In this document: positions 13,656-27,899 of the stretch, piece after piece
Numbering within the stretch: the stretch's first letter is position 1
How the letters are laid out: every line of letters starts with the position of its first letter
Source of the DNA: Eledone cirrhosa
Taxonomy: Eukaryota
NCBI GenBank assembly: GCA_964016885.1
Contig: OZ024741.1
Location: 288,486,001 to 288,550,000 of the forward strand
DNA length: 64,000 nucleotides
Reading direction: 5' to 3'
Notes under the pieces: model-generated
Database searches by the model: none
Seen by the model: only the letters and a program-made list of their open reading frames with translations
Told to the model about the DNA's origin: nothing
Position numbers and translations under genes: made by a program

Positions 13656-14577
13656 TAGATAAACATATAGTATATGCTTTCATATATACCCCTATTATGC
13701 TTACCGCTGTGTTAGTGCTACAAGCCAAGTTCGCACTATATGCAAATGAGGGTCCCCAGTAGATGTTTTTAATTTGTTATATGCAAATGAGCATCTCCAG
13801 CAATAGATAGATAGAGAGAGATGGAGAGGAGATGGAGAAGAGATGGAGAGGAGAGGGAGAGGAGAAGGAGAGAGGGGATGCCCAAAATCCTAAGAAGCAT
13901 ATAAAAACAGAGTTTAAACGGGTAGGAGCGGCTGAATTTTGGAAATATGTTGGGTGTGCATAATGCTTAGATGGCGGCGAAGGGAGGGAAATCGTGTTTA
14001 GGGTGGAATAACATGTCGTGAAATTAGGGTGGAGCGCCTACGAGAATTTGGTAAGAATGAGTGGTGGTTGGAAGGGGTGGGGTTTAAAGTAGGACGCTCC
14101 AAAGGGATAGGATGAAATTTGAGCGGGTATCAAGGGGAAAGAAAAAGGGAGGATGTTAAGGTAATAGAATTTACCTTCCCTTTCTATGTTTGTATCAACA
14201 AGACTAAACTAAGAACATGAAGGATTGGGGTGGAGGAATATGTGACATATAGAGCAGGGAACTAGTATCACACACATATGTATACACACGTACACGAACA
14301 CTCATAAATACATGGAGTTTGTAAGAATATAATTGTTTTATAGATACGTTCATACATATATACATACAAACATTCATTCATACATACATACATACATACA
14401 TTCATACGTACGTACATACATTCATTCATACATACATTCATACGTACATACATACATACATTCGTAATTAGAGGAACTGATTGATAATCACACAGTCTGT
14501 ATATCTGATAGACACACACACTGATTCCATCTTGATTTATACACACACACACGCACACACACACATACATACACACT

Positions 14578-15106
<529 letters not shown>

Positions 15107-15178
15107 CATGTATATATATTTAGTTAGTCTCGGTATATAGTATGCATTGTACTTGTATATATATATATATATATATAT

Positions 15179-15331
15179 GAGAAAGTATGACCCTGACGGC
15201 AGAGCTCAAGCCGTTTCGACGGCTATTTCTGGACTTTAGTCATACTTTCACCTATTATCCACTCTACTACCCTAAGTATTGAGTACTCTGGTGCGTTATG
15301 GTCCATCTGGTTCCTTACCACACCTCCTTCG

Positions 15332-15335
<4 letters not shown>
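15179..15335. mobile_element. Penelope-like mini-element with a hammerhead 3' half (family of 22272-22460 and 58288-58341)
   Basis: Shared sequence; minus strand reads agccgtc-GAAA-CGGC[ttgagctct]GCCG-TC; embedded in (TA)n. Confidence 0.65.
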
Positions 15336-15371
<36 letters not shown>

Positions 15372-15909
15372 TTACACACACACACACACACATACACACA
15401 CACATATGTGTGTGTGTGTGTGCGCGCGTGTGTCTGATTATAAGTAAACAAGACCGTTATTGCTCTAACCAGTCGATAACTACTCTAAATATACATACTC
15501 TTACACTACACACACACATATATATATATATATACGCTATATACATATATAGAAGAAACACAAACAAGAATCGAATGCCCTATGTGTAAAGAATGCACTC
15601 AGAAAACAAAGCCAACAATAAACAAAACATCTAGTGGACAAGACCGCTGGCTTCCAAACTCATGAAAATTCCATCCGTAAAAACAGAGCCAATCATGAAC
15701 TAAATGTCTATATACCTCAGACATCAACCATATATCCCAATCCTTAACCCATCTTAAAATGAATATGGCGGAGACGGTCTTTTTCAAGCTGCAGCCGGCA
15801 AATTATGCAGTTTCTGTACAAGAATAGACATTGAATATCCATCGGTGTGCAAATGTGAGTTCATGTTTGTGCAATTCTATTTGAGTGTGCATGTGTATAT
15901 GTGTGCGTG

Positions 15910-16032
<123 letters not shown>

Positions 16033-16199
16033 TTGTGTGTGTATTTGTGTGTACATGTAAACAAATGGATGGGGAATACTCAATACTGAGGGAAGAATAA
16101 AATAACATGGAAAATTGAACCCGCACAAATGGTTTCACCATTTCTCACGCGGCCGTTCTTCAAGCGGTTATGAGAAATAAAACATGCAATTTAGTATAA

Positions 16200-17109
16200 A
16201 ATCGTTCCTAATTTAGGTACATGGCCAAATATTTGGTGGAAGGGAAAAGAAAATCAATTATATCAACCCCAGTATATGACTAGTATTTTATTTTATCGAC
16301 TGTGGATGGATGGAAAAGCAAAGTTGATTTCGGCGAGATTTGAACTCAGAACGCAACGAGCTGGAAAAATGACGTGGGAAATTTTGTTTGACGTCTACCA
16401 ATTCTGCCAATCCACTGCCCTAATGTTTCCAAACATAGGCACAAGGGGTGAGGGATAGGGAATGTTGAGCACTTGACTGATGCTTTCTGTTATAGAAAGA
16501 AGGAAAGGTAAAGTTGACTTCGGTTGAGTTTGAACTCAGACTGTAGAGAGATGAAACGTAGACTGCATCTATCCGATAGATGCAGTATACGTTATTCTAT
16601 CCGTTATTTTATTTCAATAAAATTCCCTTGATCCATAGTGTCCAGCCGGCGTACCACATTATATTGAAGCATTTTAATAATGGTTTCTGATTTAGGCACA
16701 CGGCCAGTAACGTTATGGGAGGGAAAAGTCGATTAAATCGACCCAGTGCATTACTGGTGATTTAGTTTAGCAAAACCAACCTCTGCGGGATTTGAACATT
16801 TTAATAATGTATCTATATTGTATACTACAGGGAATCATTTTCAAAATCTATGATGGGGAGATATTTCCAGAACTGTATTTACATTATGCTATGGAACCCT
16901 GGCTAATATTTCGTGTGCCAACCAGTATATTTAGGGCGCTGGATTTGAAGAGTGGTTAAAGTCTCGAACAAATGCTGAGCATATTTGTTCCAGCTCTTTA
17001 CATTTTGAGTTCAAATCCCGCCGAGGTCAGCATTGCCTTTCATCTTTCCGTGGTCGATAAAAAAGTTCCAGTTCTGTGGTAGATTATTCCTCTATACCTC
17101 TTTCTCACT

Positions 17110-17185
<76 letters not shown>

Positions 17186-18205
17186 ACAGACACACACACA
17201 CTTTCATTTCCCCCTCTCTCTCACACACACACACTTTCATTCTCTCTCTCTCTCTTCCTCACTCTCTGTCTTTGTCTCTCACACTCTCTCTTTATCACTC
17301 TTCCCTTAACTGGAATAAATCGGCTGTGTTCAGAACTGGAGAGGGAATGGGCTCCGCCAGAGTTAAAGTGGAGCCGGGGGCCCTACGATTCCATTAGGTA
17401 TTTCCGGTCCAGACAAACAATAAATAAACGTAAGGGGAGAGGTGACTATTAGGATAGTAGTTAAGGAAAAATGCTGTTCGGTATTTGTTCTGTTTTTTTG
17501 TTTTGTTTTACATTGTGAGTTCAAATCTTACCGAGGTTAACTTTACCTTTTATCTTTCCAAGGACGATTAGAAAAGTACCAGGAAAATACTGGATTGATA
17601 TAATCAACTTTCTTCTCACAAAAATTGCAAACTTTGTGCATGGATTAGAAATTGTTATTATTATTCCTACAGAGCGGTGGATTGGCAGTACTGGTAGAAC
17701 GTCGGACAACATGCTGTGTGGCATAGAATTACGTTCTGAGTTCAAATCTTAGTTTTGCCTTTCATCTTAACGAGGTCGATAAAATAAAACACCAGTAACG
17801 CACTGGGATCGATTTAATCGACTTTCTTCTCCACTCAAAATTGTTGGCCTTGTGCCTAAATCAGAAACTATTATCATTTTTCCTATTTGGGTAGGGCGGT
17901 GGATTGGCAGTATCCCTAGAACGTCAGTCACCATGCTTTGAAGCATAGAGTTACGGCTCTTTACGTTCTGAGTTCAAATCCTGTCGAGGTTAGCAATGCC
18001 TTTCATTATTACGGGGTCGATAAAATAAAGTACCAGTCACGCACTGGGGTCAATTTAATCAACATTCCTCTCCCCTTAAATTTGTTGTCCTTGTGCCTAA
18101 ATCAGAAACCATTATCATTTTTCCTATAAGGTGGTGGATTGCCAGAACAGTTAGTGTCTGGCAAAATGTGGCTTTTAGATACAGCCCTTCATATTCGGAG
18201 TTTAA
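16200..18205. mobile_element. Cluster of about 8 tRNA-derived SINE copies (3 minus, then about 5 plus; the last three are head-to-tail)
   Basis: Repeated gagttcaaat..gccgaggt..gcctttcatc..ggtcgataaaataaagtaccag..tgtgcctaaatcagaaac and its reverse complement. Confidence 0.85.
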
Positions 18206-18884
18206 ATATTATTTTTATTATTATCAATATCATCGTTTTTGTGTTATGGAATGAGGATTAATTAGGCTGTAGGTAAAACACATAGGTTTTATACACGGTA
18301 CATCACCCCTCACCCTACTATGTACGTCGGAAATCATCTACAGGGAAGAAGAGGGCAATCACGTGATGTTGTATTAACAAGACCCAGGATGATCTCACCT
18401 TCCGGTATGCAGCTGTGTCAACGTGAAACACACATACACATATACATACACATATATATATACGTACACACACACACACACGCACATATATATATACACA
18501 CACACATATATATACGTACACACACACATACACACACATATATATACATATATACATATATACACACACATATATATATATACACACACATATATATATA
18601 CATACACACACAGACACATATATTTATATATTTATATATATATGTACATATATATATGCGCGCACACACACTCAACACTATTTACACAGTCATAACAACA
18701 AAACAAAAACAAAGGCAAATGTTGCGTTAGTTTAAAATTAAAAGCAAAAATATATAAAATATAAAATGAAAATAATTGTTTCTACTTTTGGCACAAGGCC
18801 AGCAATTACCCAGTGTATTACTGGTACTTTATTAATTAATTAGAATAATAACAATTTGTAAGTCGAATTATTTCTTCCTGGATT

Positions 18885-19062
18885 ATCATCACCATCATCA
18901 TGATCATCACCATTATCATCACCATCATCACCGTCATCATTATCCTCATCCTCACCACCGTCACCGCCATCATCATCATTGCCATCATCATCATCATCAT
19001 TACCATCATCATCATCATCATCATCATTACCATCATCATCATCATCATCATCATCATTACAT
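18885..19062. repeat. (CAT)n trinucleotide tract
   Basis: Direct inspection. Confidence 0.9.
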
Positions 19063-19238
19063 TAACCCTTATGCCGCGCAAGAGTATCAAATCAAAGTAC
19101 AATTTCATATGCATTTCTCTTTGTTTTTCCTCCCTCTCTCATCCCCTCTCTCCCCATCTCACCTCTCTCCTTCTCTCTCTCTCTTTCATATATATATATG
19201 TATATATATGTATATATATATATGTATATATATATGAA

Positions 19239-19310
<72 letters not shown>

Positions 19311-19372
19311 CACACCTATATGTATGTGTGTGTATATGCGCTCGCGTCCGAAAGAGAGAGACAGGGAGAAAG

Positions 19373-19483
<111 letters not shown>

Positions 19484-19969
19484 GAGATAGAGGGAGAGAG
19501 AGGGGGGGGGGAGAAAGAGAGAGAGAGAGAGAGAGAGAATCTTTATCTATGTGTGTATTATCAATATATGAACGTACGAAAGTGTTTGCGTATGATGGTG
19601 TCGTTATGAATATATACACGTGTTTGCGTATGATGGTGTCGTTATCTTAAGTTCTTACATTCAGAATATGACGTTATGGAATATGACTTAGATGTATTAA
19701 GATATGACCTATTTGGTCTTAAGAAGCGATTAATGGCTTTCACAGATATTCACGTGTTACTCTCGTTTTGATCCATCTATCCTCATGGCCCCTACGTGGA
19801 CCCCTGTCGTTGGCGCAGTTACTGCCACCACACGGCCCACTATCAGACGTAAGGGGGAGATTAGTGTAGGAGGGCGGCAGGTCTGATCAAATGGGTTACA
19901 TATGTAGATTGCTAAGTTATATACTGCAGCCACACACAAACACACATATATGTATATATATATATATAG

Positions 19970-20053
<84 letters not shown>

Positions 20054-20189
20054 ATATATACATGAGTGTGGGTACGGGCGAGCGCGTGTGTAAACATTTA
20101 ATAAATTCTTAATCAAATTCACACACACACGTATATATATATATATTTATGTGTGTGTCTCTATATGTATGTGTGTATATGTGTGTGAG

Positions 20190-20226
<37 letters not shown>

Positions 20227-20369
20227 ACAATTACCTACTATTTTTCTCTCTCTATCTATCTATATGCCTATCTATATATCTATCTCTCCATATCTATCTA
20301 TCTATAAATCTATTTATCTCTCCATATACAAATATATTTACATAAATAAGCGTTATATTTTCGAGAATT

Positions 20370-20420
20370 GACTTCTACAGGACTACAACTGTTTCGTTTG
20401 CATGAAATCATCAGGGCATC
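20370..20420 (-). ncRNA. Degenerate hammerhead motif, family of 53072-53122
   Basis: CUGAUGA-uuucaugcaaac-GAAA-CAGuuguagucCUG-UA; stems I and II are mismatched. Confidence 0.55.
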
Positions 20421-20535
20421 CTTCAAGTCATTTCTATATATAATAAAGATACCTATACTCTCCCAACGTATTGAGTACTTTTTAAAACTGTGGTTACCCC
20501 CGACATCACCCGGGAACCTACATATTATATATATA

Positions 20536-20838
20536 TTTGGCCCTACGAAGACCTGCTGACCATTGTAAAAAAAACTCAAATTGAGATGGTACGAGCACGT
20601 GACAAGATATTCAGGGCTTTCCAAGACGACCCTGCAGGGGACAGTACAAGGAGGAAGGAAGAGAGGCAGGCAGAGAAAGAGATGGGAAGACAAAATCCCG
20701 AAATGGGGGAGGGGCGGGGGGCATAAGGACGGGTGCATCCATGAGGAAGGCAGAGAGGCGAGAGGAATGGAAGTAGTTGGGTGCCAGGTCATCTATGGCG
20801 CCCCAACGGTGGCGCACCAGACTACGGAACAGATGAGA

Positions 20839-20841
<3 letters not shown>
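20536..20841 (+). mobile_element. RTE-clade LINE 3' end
   Basis: YEDLLTIVKK..LRWYEHVTR..GLSKTTLQGTVQGGRKRGRQRKRWED; short atgag tail. Confidence 0.85.
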
Positions 20842-20892
<51 letters not shown>

Positions 20893-20893
20893 C

Positions 20894-20929
<36 letters not shown>

Positions 20930-20933
<4 letters not shown>

Positions 20934-21031
20934 AAACTTGGACGGGAACAAAAACAGAGTGGCAGACGAATAAATGTTTATTAGGTTCACGCTCTTGAGA
21001 GTAGGGGTGGGGCGACAGTTTCGGGCATAAG

Positions 21032-21032
<1 letters not shown>
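20930..21032 (-). mobile_element. Penelope-like pLTR 3' stub (family of 48385-49300)
   Basis: Minus strand gcttatgccc-GAAA-ctgtc...gagcgtgaacctaataaacatt...ctgccactctgtt; flanked by (TA)n. Confidence 0.7.
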
Positions 21033-21076
<44 letters not shown>

Positions 21077-21078
<2 letters not shown>

Positions 21079-21608
21079 TATTGTTATACTTTGGGAGGGT
21101 TATGTTGCCAATAAGAAACACACGCACCAGTTGCTTTCACTTCAATTTATTATAAATTAAATTTATAAATTTAAGAATTTATAAATTTCCTGTTGGTTGG
21201 TTGGTTCCACAACCAGACGATTGTTTATATATTGTCAAAGTTCTTTCGTCACACATTCTGTGAAATCTTCAGTGACTGTGGATTCTTTTCTTTGTTTTTG
21301 TGCCTCTCCTTTGTTCTGTCCTACATCATCTTGTTTTTGTGTGTGTTGTGTTCAGTCACTGAAGAGGTCACAGAATGTGTGACGAAAGAACTTTGACAAT
21401 ATATAAACAATCGTCTGGTTGTGGAACAAAACCAACCAACCGGAAATTTATAAATTCTTAAATTTATGAATTTAATTTATAATAAATTGAAGTGAAAGAA
21501 ACTGGTGCGTGTGTTTCTTGTTGAAAACATGACCCTCCCAAAGTATAACAATATCGGTTTCAACACACGTTTTCAGATAAAGAATCTTGCTAAAAAAATT
21601 CAGAAACG

Positions 21609-21611
<3 letters not shown>
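21077..21611. mobile_element. Penelope-like fold-back element with two outward-reading hammerheads (21234-21276 minus; 21355-21397 plus)
   Basis: About 200-bp inverted arms (21077-21278 and 21353-21554). Reads GUCA-CUGAAGA-G-GUCACA[GAAUG]UGUGAC-GAAA-GAACUU/UGAC. Confidence 0.8.
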
Positions 21612-21673
<62 letters not shown>

Positions 21674-21678
21674 TTCGA

Positions 21679-21712
<34 letters not shown>

Positions 21713-21754
21713 TTCGATCTATATATATATATATATATATATATATAGGTTCGA

Positions 21755-21790
<36 letters not shown>

Positions 21791-22219
21791 TTCGATCTGT
21801 ATAGATCAGACCTGACTCTGTAACCGCGGCTCGTCAAACCCCTTGTGAACCTACAGTAACTCCAAGTTACACTCTCTGGGTATATATATATATATATATA
21901 TTCTTTTATCCTTTTACCTGTTCCAGCCATCCGGCTGAGGCCATACTGGGGCACCGCGCTATATATATATATATATATATATACCAGTTGAATTCTGGGA
22001 TCAACTAAGTCGAATACACCCTGCCGCAAAATTTGTGGGTGTAAAGCCACGTGTTGAGCATAGCCATAGCTATGTACCTTTTCATTCCGTACTATAGCTT
22101 CGGGTTAATGAATATCCTATGAGTGAAATTTGGTAGACAGAAACTGTGCGGAGGCCCCTCCTTTTGTCTATTCTTATTCATATATTCATGTGTCCAACAA
22201 CGCAGCACGCCATTTTCCA

Positions 22220-22564
<345 letters not shown>

Positions 22565-22600
22565 CATATATATATATATATGTTAATAATTATATGTATG

Positions 22601-22644
<44 letters not shown>

Positions 22645-23195
22645 TATATACATACACACATACATACACACATATATATATATATATAAATATATACATA
22701 TATATATATTATATATTTGTGTGTGCATATGTGAATGTGTGTTGTATGTGTGTGTGAATGCGCGTATTTGTGTATGTATGTGTGTGTGTGTTTGCGTGTG
22801 TATGCATATCTGTATGCGTATGTATGAATATACAATAAATCATGACCTAACAGCCCTACCTAAATTTCTTGTGCATTTAGTTTTGCCTGCCCGATTAAAC
22901 CCACTTCTAAACAAGAGTGCATTGAACACTTCTATGTTATCCTTTGGCGAAATATAAACAAACTCGATACATACATGTACTGTCTTTGTGCTATTACAGC
23001 TAAGGCAACGCTGGAGCAAACGAATATGTATACATATATATATATAAGTAGTCACATATATGGATTTAATGTAAATTGTTATTATATATATATATATATA
23101 TATATATAGACGTATATGTGAATAGTGAATATATACATTAACATATATAGATATATATGTGAATATACTTACATACCTACTAGTATGTATATATT

Positions 23196-23258
<63 letters not shown>

Positions 23259-23319
23259 ACGTGTAAGTGTGTGTACATATGTATATATATATATATATAT
23301 ATGCATATATACACACACT

Positions 23320-23353
<34 letters not shown>

Positions 23354-23791
23354 GGCGTGTGGGTCTGTGTGGGTCTGTGTGGTTATATAAGTATGTATAT
23401 ACGTGTATATAATAATCTCTGTATTATATATTAACGATTTTCGGAAGGAAAGGCCATGATGTGGTACACCCAACTCTCACCCAACCACACCTCTGTTATG
23501 CCAAAATATCATATCAAATTTATGTGGCGGTGGAACTTCTTGTTAACGACTTCACTGCCCCACACTTCCACCACCTCACCCTCTACCCCATTTATTTCCT
23601 ACACTACTTCCAAAACTTATTCCGCACCTTCGGAAATATAATTATGTTGTTTATATAAACCTTTTGTTCATTCATAGAGTTGAAGAACATATAAAAACAT
23701 AAAGAAATACAGGCATGGAAACACTCACAGACAGCACACAAAGTCACACACATACATATATGTATATATACATTTACATACATACATGCAG

Positions 23792-23837
<46 letters not shown>

Positions 23838-23981
23838 ATATATATATATATTATACGTATATACGTGCATGCTTACACTCATACATATATACTTAAAAAT
23901 GTATATACATAAACATATACCTATATACATGTATATATATATATACATACATACATTTATACATACATATATACATACATA

Positions 23982-24054
<73 letters not shown>

Positions 24055-24182
24055 CTTCATACTTATATTATATACATATATATCTACATACATATACATA
24101 TACATAAATATGTATATACATATTTATATATATATATACATATCTACATATATATATATGCATAAACACACACACATATATA

Positions 24183-24682
24183 TCTTAACTATAATAAAGA
24201 AAGGAGTGCGGGACTGCGTCCAGAATATATTCTTTTACCCCGTTTGTAAAATAACTTGGATTACTTTGAATAAATAATGAATGAATATTACATAATTATG
24301 TGGTAAATTTCGTGGCTGTTGATTAAATATATTTTATAACTTAATTAAAGATTCACTTCTTTAAAATTTTCAAATGTCAACACTTCCGGTTAGCGGCCGT
24401 TATATTATAACACTTATAAAAATATCGCATATATTTCCGTCGCTAATTTTCTCCTAATACAGTTTATATATAATACAGTTTATATATAATATCGTCTTTT
24501 TAAATGTATCATGGATTACTCTACTGATTACATAAGACATACTTCTTTCAATTTCTGTGCATATAGTCAATTACGATTTTATTTGATGTATCATATCTAC
24601 ATGCATATATATTTGTGTATAATATCAATATACACACTACACATGCAAGCAGAAAACCACCCGAGGGGTAGTTTTTCTGCTA

Positions 24683-24683
<1 letters not shown>
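24183..24683 (+). mobile_element. Non-autonomous Helitron
   Basis: 5' TC(ttaactataataaag); 3' hairpin gcagaaaaccaccc..gggtagtttttctgc followed by CTAG|T. An inverted copy lies at 44584-45073. Confidence 0.8.
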
Positions 24684-24724
<41 letters not shown>

Positions 24725-24818
24725 TCACATGCATGCTCACATACTTAAATGCATACACATACATACATGCTAAAATATTCAAATAAATTACCGTATTCTG
24801 TCATACAGTACACACACA

Positions 24819-24858
<40 letters not shown>

Positions 24859-25271
24859 TATAGATACACAAATACACAGACACAAGTATAAAGAGGTTTC
24901 TACATTAAAATGTGTAGATGCGCGTCGGTATTGTCATCCCGTCCCCCATTCCATTCATCTATCTATCTATCTTTCTTTGTTTCTCTCTCTCCCCGCCCCT
25001 CTCTCTCTCTCTCTCTCACTATCACCTTTTCTCTGTACGGATGTATGTATCGACAGTCGAGCAACTTTTTCAAATCGGACCGAAGAAACAATGTTTCCAT
25101 TGGTTTTTCCAATTGCTAATACTATCTATCGGTCGCAACTTCTGGTAGAAGGAGCAACATGAAATAAAGTGTCTTGCTGAAGGACATAACGCATCACCCA
25201 GTCCGAGAATCAAACTCACAACCTCACGATTGCGAAACAAATTCTCTAACCACTCAGCCATGCGCCTTCAC

Positions 25272-25302
<31 letters not shown>

Positions 25303-25664
25303 ATATAACACCTGCAACCCTGATGGTATCCAATGATGTTGACTTGTTTTTCTTTTTGGTAAATATCATCTTGGTTAAGAGAGTGGGACTGGCTTTGTGC
25401 AGTGCCTTTGCTCACTATAAAAGCTTCACGGCACAGGCATTGCTTTATATCTGGAGATCTCTCTGCACTTGTCGTCACATGGTACCATGGGCCCAGCACT
25501 ATGTGTCAATAATTGTCACAAGTGTAGTGTTTGTACCAGAGTTTTCAAGTCGTTGGCTGGACTAAAAATCACACTCGTTCAGTGTATCGGTAGGGGTTCT
25601 CCTACATGGATATAAAGTAGTGGCCGTACTCGAAAACGAGTTGGCAGCCACCATGTATGTATGT

Positions 25665-25994
25665 TTTCTCTTTCTCTTAATTTCGAGTATATTTTTTTGA
25701 CCGGCCACCTTCCTGGTGGCAAGGTTGTAAAAGAAAAGAAATTGTCATCCCTTGAATCGCAAGAATGTTTTGCATATTTTGAAGGTGCCAGCTATCGCAG
25801 CCATTTGTAGACTATGAATTAGGGAGCTGCGCTTTTTGTCCGCAAATCCAAGTTCGGTCATACTTTGGTCCAAGCGGGTTGGTATATAACCCGTAGCACC
25901 AATAATGATGGGTATGAAGCTAAAGGTGTATCTTGGATACTGGATTTGTAAGCTCCTCATCAATGGTCCGTAGATGTCCTCCTTCTCCTGTATT
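25665..25994 (-). mobile_element. R4/Dong-like non-LTR retrotransposon 3' end (REL endonuclease C-terminus)
   Basis: IQEKEDIYGPLMRSLQIQYPRYTFSFIPIIIGATG...LQMAAIAGT.KI.KTFL*; (CATA)n on both sides. Confidence 0.75.
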
Positions 25995-26055
25995 GTATGT
26001 ATGTATGTATGTATGTATGTATGTATGTATGTATGTATGTATGTATGTATGTATG

Positions 26056-26086
<31 letters not shown>

Positions 26087-27899
26087 GCATGTATGTCTGT
26101 ATGTATGTGTGTGTGTTTATGTGTATAGGCATGTATATATGTATGTATGTGTCCGAGACATGGAAATACTCGGTTTGGTGCCCGAGCGCGTAGTTAGCCT
26201 AACGGGAGTGAAAGTCCTTTAGTTAGGGCATAATTCTGGGAGAAAGAAAACTGTGATATAAAACCTGTGCCTCGGGGCAGCCTTTGATGTTGACCTTTTT
26301 CTTCTTATTGAATACCTGTCACTGTTGTTCAAACACAGACACCACTTGATCTAAACGACTGAACATGGCCTTTTCTTTTTTCTTTCGCTGCAGCATAAGC
26401 AGACAGGAATCTAAATTCGTATCGCACATGTGTGAGAAAAAGTTAAAGGGATGGCAATTTTCCAAAATGAAATGCAGCAATCATGTATGTATATATAATT
26501 TTAGGGATGACTGCTTCAGAAAGAAAGATAAATTGCTAAATACTTGATTATAAACTTTTGAATCAATGTGAGGAATTATATTTGAGAATTATGTTTGAGA
26601 AGGACGGCCTATTATTGGATTGGTTCTTATTTATCGTCCTTGAAGGCAGAAAGCCAAAGTTAATCTCAGAAAGCAGAGAGACAGAAAGAACACCACAAAG
26701 CATTCTACCCGTCTTTGCTAATTCGGCGCCTTCCATTTACAACGGCATAGGTAGCAAGTTTACCTTTCAACTTTACCTTTCAAGTTTACCTTTCATTGGT
26801 TCCCGGCGGTCGATAAAATATACTACTTATGATGATCTAATAAAAAAAAGTCTGTTTCCAGCCTGGGGGCTCGTCAGGTCGGCGCCTATTCCGATTTTCG
26901 TGGCGTTAAGCGACTGAGAGTACAATATTTTTGCTTAGACATGACGCCAGTGATAGCAGGGTTAAATCCTCAGCTATAGTTGATACTCATTTTTAGTTGA
27001 GTATATTGAAGCAACGTGAAATAAAGTGTTTTGCTCAAGAACACAATAGTCATGGCTTGGGAATAATATAATATAACATTATACACACAGACATACACAT
27101 ACTCACTCACAGACGCACACACACACAGGCAGACATACACACACACCCAAACATGTGTGTAAGTATTCAGATAATGATTTTTACAGCAGCAATCTGCTTG
27201 TTAATCAGAACCAGTCCACTCTCAGCAACACGGTTAGTTGGGTAGGCAACCACCCACGCATGTTATGAAAGAAAGAATGGTTCAGTGAACATTATTGGTT
27301 GTTAGAATAAGGGCGGCTTTTTTAATGGTGTTGATGGGGATGATGATGATGATAGTCAGGATGATGATGATGATGATAGTCAGGATGATGATGAATGTAT
27401 TGATGGTGGTGGTGGTGGTAGTGGTGATGAGGATGACAATGACGACGATGATGATGATAATGAGAATGATGAAGATGAGGAGAGATAAGAAGGGGGAAAT
27501 AGAGAAGTTTGACTTTGAAAATGTCGATCAATGACAAAAGCTATAAGGGGTCGAAGTTTTGTGGTGCATGTGGTGTGTCTCATTACGATTATCGTTGTCT
27601 TTGTTGTAGTTCTCTTTGTTATTGTTGATGTTATTAATATTAAGCAGAACTCTGTAGAGTGTCAATGTTGATGTTACTGTGGTTGGAGTTATTTTGTGGG
27701 TGCTAGTTAAGCTACGGTTGTCTACAATCCGGAAGTGTTGTCCCATCCCTACTGCGCTGCCCCCGGGATAGGGATGGGATTTTGGAGTAGTGAACAAAAT
27801 TATATTACAGTGGGTTGTCTAGAGACTTGAGGGGCGGTGAAACTTTATTTAGTATCATCAGTGAAGTAAAGTTAAGGTAGAAACTACAGACTATTCTGC

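Noticed and set aside
13739-13792. Paired octamer motifs (ATGCAAAT) as an snRNA or POU enhancer
   Set aside because: No snRNA sequence is nearby and the motifs lie beside a Helitron end in probable repeat DNA.
21670-21800. CRISPR-like repeat-spacer pattern
   Set aside because: The repeat is only 10 bp, the spacers are plain (TA)n, the context is eukaryotic and there are no cas genes.
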